From positions 256,522 through 320,521 of the forward strand of contig CAVWSU010000021.1 in assembly GCA_963757865.1 (NCBI GenBank): a DNA stretch of 64,000 nucleotides. Reading direction: 5' to 3'. The translations under genes and the position numbers were made by a program. The notes below the pieces were generated by a model. It worked only from the letters and a program-made list of their open reading frames with translations, did not search any database and was not told the DNA's origin. The stretch is from an uncultured Chloroflexia bacterium (GTDB lineage: Bacteria; Chloroflexota; Limnocylindria; Limnocylindrales; CSP1-4). Position 1 is the first letter of the stretch. Each line of letters starts with the position of its first letter. This document shows, one piece after another, positions 18,123 to 26,829 of this stretch.

Positions 18123-19577
18123 CTAGACCGGGAAACGCTCCGGTCCTGTCGCGCCCTTGGTGGCGATCCACGCCCGGCCGGTGGCGAGGTCGGCCTCGAG
18201 CGCGCAGCAGTCGTCGTCCCGCTGCCAGTCCATGCGGAGCACGGGACCGTTCGTCGCGACCGTCAGGTGACCATCGAACGCCGGGTGCTCGTTCCGCAGC
18301 CGGACGAGGTCGATCACCCGGCGCACGACCGGTCGTGCGAGTGCCTGCTCGACCTCCTCGGGCCTGTAGTCGTGCCGGTTCACGGCACGCCCGTCGCCGG
18401 TTGCGGCGAGCGCCTGGAGATCGTTCTCGCCCGCGAGCAGCCCGACGTAGTAGACCTGCGGGATTCCCGGCGCGAACAGCTGGATCGCGCGGGCGAGCAC
18501 GTGCCGGTCGTCGTCGCACCCGAGCGCCGAGTAGTAGGTCGAGTTGAGCTGGTGCACGTCGACGGCGCCGTCTCCGTGCGCGTCCGACAGGATGCGGTTC
18601 ACGTTGCCGCCGCGCTCGATGACGACATCGGCGAGCCGCCGCATGCCCGCCGCCGGGAGGATGCCGTCGAGGTCCGGGCGCACCGGGATGCCATCATGGC
18701 AGTCGAGCGTCGTGAACTGGCGAACGGGCGACTGCGCGAGATGGCTCCCGAGCAGCTCCGCGGAGCCGGTGACCAGGGCGTCGAGCACGAGTCCCGGCAG
18801 CACGAAGTCGTACGTCCAGTAGTCCCGCTGGGCGAGCCGCCGGTGCGTCTCGTATAGGTCGTGGATCTCGGGGAGCACGACGAGGTCGAACAATTCGGCG
18901 ACGGAGACGATCCAGTCGAGGAACTCGAAGATCTCCGGCTCGACCATGAAGCAGCTCGTGCCGGCCTTCTTGATGACGTAGCCCACCGCGTCGAGGCGGA
19001 CGATCCGGACCCCCTGCTGGGCGAAGAACCGCAGCCATGCCGTGAGCAGACCCCGGGCGGACGGTGACGTGACGTCGAGGTCGATCTGCTCGGACCAGTC
19101 GCGGGTGCCGAAGGAGGTCCACACGCGCTCCCGTTCGCCGGTCTCGCGCACGACGACGTCGCTGAACGGCGCATCGGGCTTGCGGAGGAAGATCCGCGCC
19201 ACGTCGGCGGGCGGCGGCTCCCCTCCCGGCCACACCTTGTCGAGGGTGACGAACAGGTCCGCGTGCGGTGAGCGGCGTCCACGGCGCACGAAGTCCTCGA
19301 ACTCCGGCGATCTGCGCGAGATGTGATTCACCATGAGGTCGAGCATGACGTCGTGCCGCTCGGCGAGGCGCCGGACGTCGGCCCAGGTCCCGAACCGCGG
19401 GTCGATCTCGAGATAGCTGGTGGGAGCGAACCCCCGGTCTCCGGACGATGGAAACGGCGGCAGCACGTGGATGCCGGTGAACAGCCCGTCCAGCGGCCCG
19501 CGCAGCATCGCGTCGATCGCGGCCAGGTCCCCGCCGAGCGAATCGGGGTAGGTCAGGAGCTGCGGGCCGCGTCGCAC
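18123..19577 (-). CDS. Sucrose-phosphorylase-family sugar phosphorylase (GH13 subfamily 18-like).
   Basis: 'QLLTYPDSLGG', 'VMLDLMVNHIS', the nucleophile region 'GVRIVRLDAVGYV', 'VVLPEIHD' and 'TLDCHDGIP' are present. Confidence 0.85.
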   Translation of the reverse strand: MRRGPQLLTYPDSLGGDLAAIDAMLRGPLDGLFTGIHVLPPFPSSGDRGFAPTSYLEIDPRFGTWADVRRLAERHDVMLDLMVNHISRRSPEFEDFVRRGRRSPHADLFVTLDKVWPGGEPPPADVARIFLRKPDAPFSDVVVRETGERERVWTSFGTRDWSEQIDLDVTSPSARGLLTAWLRFFAQQGVRIVRLDAVGYVIKKAGTSCFMVEPEIFEFLDWIVSVAELFDLVVLPEIHDLYETHRRLAQRDYWTYDFVLPGLVLDALVTGSAELLGSHLAQSPVRQFTTLDCHDGIPVRPDLDGILPAAGMRRLADVVIERGGNVNRILSDAHGDGAVDVHQLNSTYYSALGCDDDRHVLARAIQLFAPGIPQVYYVGLLAGENDLQALAATGDGRAVNRHDYRPEEVEQALARPVVRRVIDLVRLRNEHPAFDGHLTVATNGPVLRMDWQRDDDCCALEADLATGRAWIATKGATGPERFPV

Positions 19578-19625
19578 GGACAGACCTCCCAGCGATAGTT
19601 CGGACGGGACATGGCCGGCGGGGTG

Positions 19626-20825
19626 CTACGCACCCAGTATCGACCGAAGGGCGAGCGTCAACTGCCGTGCGCGCTCGTCACCGTAGCCCCCCATCTGGTT
19701 GCTCAGGTAGGCGAAGCCCACGCCGTGGGCGGCATCGCAGAACGCCAGCTGCCCCCCGGCGCCGGCGTGGCCGAAGCTGCCCGGACCGAGCATAGGCTGT
19801 GTCGGCGGCGACGCGAGCTGGAATCCGGTCCCCCAACGCGCGCCGTCGTCCGGAAGCCCGGACAGCTGCGGGCCGGCGGACTGCACGATGGTGGCGTCCT
19901 CGATCGACGAGGGTCGCAGCAGGCGCGGCACGTCCATGTCCGACACGCACTGCGCGTACAGGGCTGCGAGTGATCGGGCGGTGCTGATCCCGTTGGCCGC
20001 CGGGATCTCCGCGCCCTGGATGCGCGGGTCGTTGAACGTGACGAACCCGTCCTGCGCGGGGAACGCGAAGGCGCCACCCATCGTCAGGCTGCGTTCGACC
20101 ACGGGGTTCCCCGCCGCGATGCGGGCATTGGCCTGGGCCGCCTCGGTGTCTGCGTCCGGGAGCGGCGGTTCCATCCAGGCGACAGAGGCACGGGCAGATG
20201 CCGGGATCCCGATCCACGTCCGAAGGCCGAGCGGGTCGCCGAGCTTCTCGCGGAAGTATGCCCCCGGGGTGAGGCCCGTGATCCTCCGGATGACCTCTCC
20301 GATCAGCCAGCCGTACGTCATGGCGTGGTAGAAGTGGCCGGCCTCAGGTGGCCAGAGCGGGCGCTGCGTCTCGATGGCGCGGATCACCGGATCCCAGGCA
20401 AGGGCCTCGTCAAGCGCCAGGTCGCGGTCGAGGGCGGGCAGTCCGGCGCGGTGGGCGAGAACCTGCCGCGACGTGATGGCCTGCTTCCCGGCCCCGCCGA
20501 ACTCCGGCCAGTACGTGACGACGGGCACGTCGAGATCCAGGCGGCCCTCCTGCACGAGGAGGTACGCGCAGATCGCCAGAATGCCTTTCGAGCAGGAAAA
20601 GATGACGGCCGCCGTCCCGTCGTCCCACGGCCGGCCGGTCCGCGCGTCGGCCACCCCGGCCCACACGTCGACGACCCGCCGTCCGTCGACGTAGACGGCG
20701 CACGCAGACCCGAGGTCCCCGCGCGATCGGTAGTTCTCGAGGAAGACATCGGCGACGCGTTCGAAGCCGGGCTGGACCTCTCCGTGCAGGCTCGGAGCCT
20801 CCTCGCCGGGGCGACGCATGGTCAT
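19626..20825 (-). CDS. Serine hydrolase of the beta-lactamase/family VIII esterase fold.
   Basis: The SxxK motif is 'IFSCSKGI', with 'YHAMTYGW' and a C-terminal 'FGHAGAGG'. It lies between the ABC permease and phosphorylase genes. Confidence 0.8.
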   Translation of the reverse strand: MTMRRPGEEAPSLHGEVQPGFERVADVFLENYRSRGDLGSACAVYVDGRRVVDVWAGVADARTGRPWDDGTAAVIFSCSKGILAICAYLLVQEGRLDLDVPVVTYWPEFGGAGKQAITSRQVLAHRAGLPALDRDLALDEALAWDPVIRAIETQRPLWPPEAGHFYHAMTYGWLIGEVIRRITGLTPGAYFREKLGDPLGLRTWIGIPASARASVAWMEPPLPDADTEAAQANARIAAGNPVVERSLTMGGAFAFPAQDGFVTFNDPRIQGAEIPAANGISTARSLAALYAQCVSDMDVPRLLRPSSIEDATIVQSAGPQLSGLPDDGARWGTGFQLASPPTQPMLGPGSFGHAGAGGQLAFCDAAHGVGFAYLSNQMGGYGDERARQLTLALRSILGA

Positions 20826-20856
20826 CGGCCCGCTCCTGAGCCTCGTCGGCCGCCGT

Positions 20857-21675
20857 TCATCCCTTCAGCGATCCCTGCAGCAGCGCGGCGACGAACTGGC
20901 GCTGGAAGATCAGGAACACGACGAGCGAGGGCGTGAGGATGAGCAGCGCCCCCGCGCTCAGGAGCGGGATGTCCGTCGCGTAGTGACCCTGGAAGGCGCC
21001 GAGCGCGCCGGCCATCGTGCGCTGGGTCGGATCCTGGACGAGCACGAGCGCGAGCAGGAACTGGTTCCACGTCCAGACCGAGAGCAGGATCGTCAGCGAG
21101 GCGATCGCCGGCCGCGCGAGCGGGACGTGGATGTGCCAGAACAGGTCGACGACACCCGCTCCGTCCACCCGCGCTGCCTCCGACAGTTCGGCTGGCATGT
21201 TCACGAAGTGGGCGCGCATCCAGTACACGGAGAACGGCATGTAGAGCCCGATCAGGGGGAGGACGATTGCCAGGCGCGTGTTCAGCAGGCCGTAGCCCTG
21301 GACGAGGTAGTAGAGGGGCGTGATGATCCCCTCGAGCGGAAGGGTGAGCCCGAGCAGGAAGAGCACGAACAGCGCCCGCGAGCCGGGGATCCTGAGGTAC
21401 CCGATCGCGAAGCCGGCCATCGTGGCGATCACGACCGACACGGGGACCACCCCCACGACGATGAAGGTGCTCGACACGAGCAGTGCCGGCATGTTGGCGA
21501 CGTTGAACGCCGTGACGAAATTGCCCCACTGGGGATTGGACGGCCAGTCGATGCCGAGCGGCGTCGAGCCTGACGGATGCAGGGCGGTCGTGAACAGGCT
21601 GGCGAACGGCAGCAGGGTCACGAGCATGAGCAGGATGAGCACGACCCGCGCGGTCATCACCTCGCGCCGTTGCAT
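20857..21675 (-). CDS. Carbohydrate ABC transporter permease (MalG-like).
   Basis: The start ATG 21675 lies directly downstream of the preceding gene's stop. The EAA loop is 'ELSEAARVDGAGVVDLFWHIHVPLARPA' and the protein has six TM segments. The upstream part of ORF 20857..22524 is junk. Confidence 0.85.
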   Translation of the reverse strand: MQRREVMTARVVLILLMLVTLLPFASLFTTALHPSGSTPLGIDWPSNPQWGNFVTAFNVANMPALLVSSTFIVVGVVPVSVVIATMAGFAIGYLRIPGSRALFVLFLLGLTLPLEGIITPLYYLVQGYGLLNTRLAIVLPLIGLYMPFSVYWMRAHFVNMPAELSEAARVDGAGVVDLFWHIHVPLARPAIASLTILLSVWTWNQFLLALVLVQDPTQRTMAGALGAFQGHYATDIPLLSAGALLILTPSLVVFLIFQRQFVAALLQGSLKG

Positions 21676-21677
21676 GA

Positions 21678-22649
21678 TCACAGGGGCTCTCCTCCGGTCA
21701 TGCGCTGGATCGGCAGCACCACGAGCAGCACGAGGATGACGAGCACGACGGCGAGCGCGGACGCGAGGCCCACCTGCTGGCCGACGAAGGCGAGCTGGTA
21801 GATCTCGAGCCCGGGCACCATGGTGGCGAGGCCGGGACCGCCGCCCGTCGAGATGTACACGATGTCGAAGCTCGCGAGCGCCGCGATGGCCGTGATCGTG
21901 ATGCACACCGCGATCTCGTTTCGGAGGCTCGGCACCGTGATCGCCCAGAACTCCTGGATCGGGCCCGAGCCGTCGATCCTCGCGGACTCGTACAGCGCGG
22001 GGTCGATCTTGCTCATGCCGGTGAGAAGCAGGACGGTGCAGAGCCCGAGCAGCACCCAGACGCCGATGAGCCCCACCGCCGGCAGTGCGGTGCCGAAGTC
22101 GCCCAGCCAGGCGCGGGTGACGTTCCCGAGGCCGATCGCCGTGAGGAGCTGGTTGACGACACCGGGCAGGGCGAGGACCCAGCTCCACGCGATGCCGGCC
22201 GCCACGAGGGGGATCACCTGCGGCAGGAACAGGACGGTGCGTGCGGCCGTGCCCACGGGTCCGGTGACGATGCGCCGGATGAGCGACGCGACGACCAGCC
22301 CGAGGCCGACCGAGATGACGCAGAAGAACAGGATGAGCTGGAAGGCGTTCGAGATGATCTGCAGGAGGTCGGGATCCGTCAGGACCGTCACGTAGTTCTT
22401 GAGACCGACCCACTGCGATGCGCCGATGCCGTCCCAGCGGTAGAGCGAGTACTGGACGGTCAGCACGAGTGGTTGCAGGACGAACACGACGTACACGATG
22501 AGCGCCGGCGCGACGAGCAGCCACCCGGCCCAGTTGGCCCTGCGGAGCCCCCGAAGCCGGGAGATCCGCAGGGCCGTTGCGGGATGACCGGTCACGCGGC
22601 TCTGCGCATGCGCGAGCGAGGCGTCAGAGGCGCGGCCGGTCCGATCCAT
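21678..22649 (-). CDS. Carbohydrate ABC transporter permease (MalF-like).
   Basis: 'LYESARIDGSGPIQEFWAITVPSLRNE' plus multiple TM helices. Confidence 0.85.
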   Translation of the reverse strand: MDRTGRASDASLAHAQSRVTGHPATALRISRLRGLRRANWAGWLLVAPALIVYVVFVLQPLVLTVQYSLYRWDGIGASQWVGLKNYVTVLTDPDLLQIISNAFQLILFFCVISVGLGLVVASLIRRIVTGPVGTAARTVLFLPQVIPLVAAGIAWSWVLALPGVVNQLLTAIGLGNVTRAWLGDFGTALPAVGLIGVWVLLGLCTVLLLTGMSKIDPALYESARIDGSGPIQEFWAITVPSLRNEIAVCITITAIAALASFDIVYISTGGGPGLATMVPGLEIYQLAFVGQQVGLASALAVVLVILVLLVVLPIQRMTGGEPL

Positions 22650-22652
22650 CCG

Positions 22653-24107
22653 TCAGGACCCGAGTTCCTTCAGGTACTGCGTCTGGACGTACTTGAGCAT
22701 CCCGGCGGGGGTCTCCTTTCCGCCGACCATCTTCTGGAGCTCGGGCGTCCAGCCCTGCGCGAAGATCGAGCCGGTGGCATTGGCGATGAAGCCCATCGTC
22801 CCATTGTCCTTGAAGACCGTCTGTGCGGATGCGAGGGTGTCGTTGATGATCGAACCCGATGCGGCAGGCGGGACCGGCAGGTCCGGTGGGCCGCCCGGAT
22901 ACGATCCGCCGACGCTTACGTCGATCTGGCGCGCCGTGGCGTTGGTCGCCACCCAGTTGAAGAAGAAGGCCGCGCAGTCGGCGTTGGGGGCCTTGGCCGC
23001 GATGCCGTAGGTCAGCGGCGACGACATCGCCGCGTAGCTCCCGCCCGACGTGGCCGGCGGGAAGAGGAAGAAGCCGATGTTGCCGGGCATCTGCTTGTCG
23101 TAGTTGGCGTCTTCCCAGTCACCGTTGAAGGTGAAGACGCCCTCACCCTTCTCGAAGCGGCCGTTCGAGTCCGTGTACTGGATCGCGTTGACGTCCTTGG
23201 GGAAGTACCCGGCCTGGATCCACTGCTGGAGGTGCTGGGCTGCCTGCAGGTTGGCCGGCGTGTCGACGGTGGTCCCCGCCTTCTGGAAGATCCAGTCGTT
23301 GATCGCGCTGGCCGGCCCGTAGTCGGCCATCAGGTCCTGGAGCGGGAAGGCGAGGCCGCCACCGCTCGCCGAGGCGTTCCACTGCATGATGGGCTGCAGT
23401 CCAGCGGACTTCGCCTTCGCGAGCAGCGCATCGAGCTCGGCAAGCGTCGTCGGCGGCTGCGTCATGCCGATCTGGGCGGCCAGCTTCTTGTTGTAGAAGA
23501 CGCCCGTCATGCTGTAGTTGAGGCCCATCGCATACAGCGAGCCGGAGCCGACTCCGGTCGGCCCCACGCGGTTCTGCGCGAGCTCGGACGAAGGCCACTG
23601 GTCCCATCCGAAGGCCGTGGCGTAGCTGTCGAGGTTCTTCAGGAGCCCGTCCTTGACGAGCGTGACCATCGTGGGCAGCCGGATCAGGTCGGGGGGATTG
23701 GCCCCCGCCAGCAGCCGGGGCGTCTCGTTGATCAGGTTCGTGAACTGATCCTGGCTGATCTTCCAGGTGACGTTCGGGTACTCCTTCGTGAATTCCGTCG
23801 ACAGCGAGAACGGCAACTGGAAGCCGGTCTCGAACCACGCGTTGAGCGTGACGGGCTGCGTCCCGCAGGTGGGGCCGGACGCGACCGCGCTGGCGGCGGC
23901 GCTCGCGGGCGCCTGGCTGGCCGCGGCGGCACTGGCCGCCGCACTCGCGGCCGGGGCAGCGGCCGAAGGAGCTGGCGTGGCGGGTGCGGGCGTCGTGCCG
24001 GGCGCCGCGCATGCGGCCGCCAGGAGCGCGGCGGCGAGAATCGATGGAATAGTCGCGGGACGGCGCGGTGCCCGCCGTCTCAATTGCGTCGACGCGAACG
24101 ACAACAT
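22653..24107 (-). CDS. Sugar ABC transporter substrate-binding lipoprotein.
   Basis: The lipobox is 'LLAAACAA', followed by an Ala/Pro/Ser linker and an SBP family 1-like body ('PDLIRLPTMVTLVKDGLLKNLD'). Confidence 0.85.
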   Translation of the reverse strand: MLSFASTQLRRRAPRRPATIPSILAAALLAAACAAPGTTPAPATPAPSAAAPAASAAASAAAASQAPASAAASAVASGPTCGTQPVTLNAWFETGFQLPFSLSTEFTKEYPNVTWKISQDQFTNLINETPRLLAGANPPDLIRLPTMVTLVKDGLLKNLDSYATAFGWDQWPSSELAQNRVGPTGVGSGSLYAMGLNYSMTGVFYNKKLAAQIGMTQPPTTLAELDALLAKAKSAGLQPIMQWNASASGGGLAFPLQDLMADYGPASAINDWIFQKAGTTVDTPANLQAAQHLQQWIQAGYFPKDVNAIQYTDSNGRFEKGEGVFTFNGDWEDANYDKQMPGNIGFFLFPPATSGGSYAAMSSPLTYGIAAKAPNADCAAFFFNWVATNATARQIDVSVGGSYPGGPPDLPVPPAASGSIINDTLASAQTVFKDNGTMGFIANATGSIFAQGWTPELQKMVGGKETPAGMLKYVQTQYLKELGS

Positions 24108-24153
24108 TCAGGATCCTCCTCGGATTGCTGACTGGCACTCGCGATGCACGACG

Positions 24154-25197
24154 TCACGCCAGGCGCGGCCCTCCCTTCGGTGGTGCCGTCGTGGCCCTGA
24201 TGACGACGCTGGGGTCGAGCGTCACGAGCGGGGGAACAGCCGAACGCTCCTCGATCTCCTTCAGCAGGAGCTCGGCCCCCTGGCGGCCCGACTCGAACAG
24301 TTGCTGTCGGACGGTCGTCAGCCCGACGTAGTCGGCCGCCTCGATGTCGTCGTAGCCGATGACCGACAGGTCGTCCGGGATCCCGAGCCCGAGCTCGCGG
24401 GCCGCCGCCATCACCCCGAGGGCCTGCGTGTCGGAGGACGCGAGGATGGCGGTGGGAGGCCGTGCGGACGACAGCAGGCGCATCGCGAGCTCGCGCGCCT
24501 CGTACCGTCCGTGCGCCCCGAGCGCCACGAGATCGACGGGAACGGGGACGCCGGCCGATGCCAGGGCCCGCTCGTATCCGGCGTACCGGTCGCGCCCGGA
24601 TGTGAAGCCGAACGGGTTCTCGAACGCGTCACCCACGAAGCCGATGCGACGGTGACCGAGCTCGAGGAGATGCCTGGATGCGAGCTCGCCGCCGAGGATG
24701 TCGTCGCCGACGACTCTCGGCAGCAGTTCCAGCCCGGGCGCATGCGCGTCGATGACGACCACCGGGATCGAGGCCGCCGCAAGGACCGCCGTCTCCTCCT
24801 CGCTGGGCGGCAACGAGACGACCAGGAGACCGTCGGTGCGCTGTGCGACCGGCAGGCTCCGCAGGTACTGGTCGCGCTTCTCGACGGTCTCGACGTTGTA
24901 GATGACGAGGTCGAACTCGCTGTCGCTGAGGAGGGCGTCGATGCCACGAAGGCGCTCGGCGGCCTGCGGCCGGGTCAGAAACGTGACGACGACGCTGACC
25001 GTGAGCGTGCGCCCGAGACTCAGCCGCCGCGCTGCATGGCTCGGCGTGAACTTGAGCTCGTCCATGGCCGCGAGGACGCGACTGCGCGTCTCGCCGTTCA
25101 CGAGCTCGTAGCGGTTCAGCACCCGGGAGGCGGTCGCCACGCTCACCCCGGCACGGCGCGCGACGTCGCGGATCGTGACCGTCTTCGTCACACTCAT
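24154..25197 (-). CDS. LacI-family transcriptional repressor.
   Basis: The N-terminal HTH is 'VTIRDVARRAGVSVATASRVLN', followed by a periplasmic-binding-fold effector domain. It lies 46 nt upstream of the SBP gene. Confidence 0.9.
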   Translation of the reverse strand: MSVTKTVTIRDVARRAGVSVATASRVLNRYELVNGETRSRVLAAMDELKFTPSHAARRLSLGRTLTVSVVVTFLTRPQAAERLRGIDALLSDSEFDLVIYNVETVEKRDQYLRSLPVAQRTDGLLVVSLPPSEEETAVLAAASIPVVVIDAHAPGLELLPRVVGDDILGGELASRHLLELGHRRIGFVGDAFENPFGFTSGRDRYAGYERALASAGVPVPVDLVALGAHGRYEARELAMRLLSSARPPTAILASSDTQALGVMAAARELGLGIPDDLSVIGYDDIEAADYVGLTTVRQQLFESGRQGAELLLKEIEERSAVPPLVTLDPSVVIRATTAPPKGGPRLA

Positions 25198-25201
25198 CCC
25201 T

Positions 25202-25217
25202 ATGTAACCGGTTACAT
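25202..25217. promoter_or_regulatory. LacI-type operator, a perfect 16-bp palindrome.
   Basis: 'ATGTAACCGGTTACAT' lies 5 nt upstream of the LacI start and matches the general LacI-family TGnAAnCGnTTnCA pattern. It is followed by two 'cggtaccacg' direct repeats. Confidence 0.55.
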
Positions 25218-25470
25218 GAAACCGGTACCACGAACGGTACCACGCGTGTCAATCCGGGCGAGCCGACAGAGCACAGTTGCAGGCAGGCTCGTGCGCGCGT
25301 AGAACCACGAGGCGTCCCCGTCCGGCGCAGGGTCCGCGTCTGCAGCACCGCCTCTACTGACGCGTCGGTCCGACCTCGGGCCGGCGGCTGGCCCCGGTGC
25401 TCATACCGCGCCCGGCGTGTCCGGCGGCGGCGACGTCGATACAATCCGCCGACCAGCTTCGGGGGGAACC

Positions 25471-26655
25471 ATGACCGACCACGTGGCGCCAGTCGTCACG
25501 CCGCTCGCCGAGTACCAGAACGGCATCTACATGGCCGGCGCCGGTGGAGCCCGGCCGGATCTCCCGATCACGCCCGACGCTATGGAGGCACAGGCCCGGG
25601 AGAGTCTCGACGCGGAAGCGTTCGGATATGTGGCGGGAGGCGCCGGCTCCGAGGACACGATGCGGGCGAACCGGGAGGCGTTCCGTCGCTGGCGGATCGT
25701 GCCGCGCATGCTCGTCGACGTGGAGCATCGGGACCTGTCGGTCGACATGCTCGGGGCGCGCCTCGCGGCGCCGGTGCTGCTGGCGCCGATCGGCGTCCAG
25801 GGCATCCTCCACGCCGACGGGGAGCTGGCGGTCGCGCGAGCGGCGGCGGCCACCGGCGTGCCCCTGATCCTCAGCGGCGTCTCCTCGTTCACGATCGAGG
25901 AGGTGGCGGCCGCGAACGGTGCCGGCCGGCGCTGGTACCAGCTGTACTGGCCGCGCGACCGTGACGTCGCCCGGAGCTTCGTCGCGCGGGCCGAGGCGGC
26001 CGGATACGGCGCGATCGTCGTCACGCTCGACACGCGGATGCTCGCATGGCGACCGCGCGACCTCGCCAACGGGTACCTGCCGTTCCTGCGGGCCGCGGGG
26101 CTGGCGAGCTACCTGTCCGACCCGGCCTTCCGAGCGGAGCTGCCGGTTCCACCCGAACAGGACGTCCGCCCGGCGGTGGCGCGGTTCCTCGCCATCTTCT
26201 CGGACCCGTCCGTGACGTGGACCGACCTGGCCTTCCTGCGCGAGTCCACCCGCCTCCCGCTCGTGCTGAAGGGCATCCTCAGGCCCGATGACGCCCGCCG
26301 CGCGATCGACCACGGTGCGGATGCGATCGTGGTCTCGAACCACGGCGGACGCCAGGTCGACGGCGCCATCGCGGCGCTCGACGCCCTGCCGGACGTGGTC
26401 GATTCCGTCGGCGGTGTCATCCCGGTCCTGTTCGACAGCGGGATCCGGACGGGCGCCGACGCGTTCAAGGCCATGGCGCTCGGCGCACGGGCGGTGCTGC
26501 TCGGGCGACCCTACGCATGGGGGCTCGCCGTGGGCGGCCAGCGCGGCGTCGACCACGTGCTGCGCTCGTTCCTCGCGGAGCTCGACCTGACACTGGCGCT
26601 CTCCGGGTATGCCTCGCTCGCGGACGTCGATCGGGACGCGCTTCGCAGGATCTGA
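25471..26655 (+). CDS. FMN-dependent alpha-hydroxy-acid oxidase/dehydrogenase (lactate oxidase / lactate 2-monooxygenase family).
   Basis: ATG 25471 follows 'ggggggaacc'. 'RIVPRML', 'WYQLY', 'VVTLDT' and 'AIVVSNHGGRQVDG' are present, with 'TACAAT' about 28 nt upstream. Confidence 0.85.
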   Translation: MTDHVAPVVTPLAEYQNGIYMAGAGGARPDLPITPDAMEAQARESLDAEAFGYVAGGAGSEDTMRANREAFRRWRIVPRMLVDVEHRDLSVDMLGARLAAPVLLAPIGVQGILHADGELAVARAAAATGVPLILSGVSSFTIEEVAAANGAGRRWYQLYWPRDRDVARSFVARAEAAGYGAIVVTLDTRMLAWRPRDLANGYLPFLRAAGLASYLSDPAFRAELPVPPEQDVRPAVARFLAIFSDPSVTWTDLAFLRESTRLPLVLKGILRPDDARRAIDHGADAIVVSNHGGRQVDGAIAALDALPDVVDSVGGVIPVLFDSGIRTGADAFKAMALGARAVLLGRPYAWGLAVGGQRGVDHVLRSFLAELDLTLALSGYASLADVDRDALRRI

Positions 26656-26690
26656 CCTCGGACCCGGCGCCGGCGATTTCACGGGCGGCT

Positions 26691-26708
26691 CCGGGACCGC
26701 GTTCCCGG
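26691..26708 (+). terminator. Hairpin after the hydroxy-acid oxidase gene.
   Basis: 'ccggga-ccgcgt-tcccgg', 36 nt after the stop. Confidence 0.3.
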
Positions 26709-26829
26709 GCTCCCGGACCTGCGCTCCTGCTCCCGGCCGGCGCCCGCGCGAAACTGTCGCGGGCGTGCCGTCGTACTCCCGTGCGACACTGACCGTCGAT
26801 CGATCCAACCGCGACCCCGAGCGAGATCC

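Noticed and set aside
26656-26829. Possible Moco riboswitch upstream of the Mo-oxidoreductase.
   Set aside because: I could not find the conserved Moco-RNA core elements. The only clear structure is a short hairpin that fits a terminator for the upstream gene.
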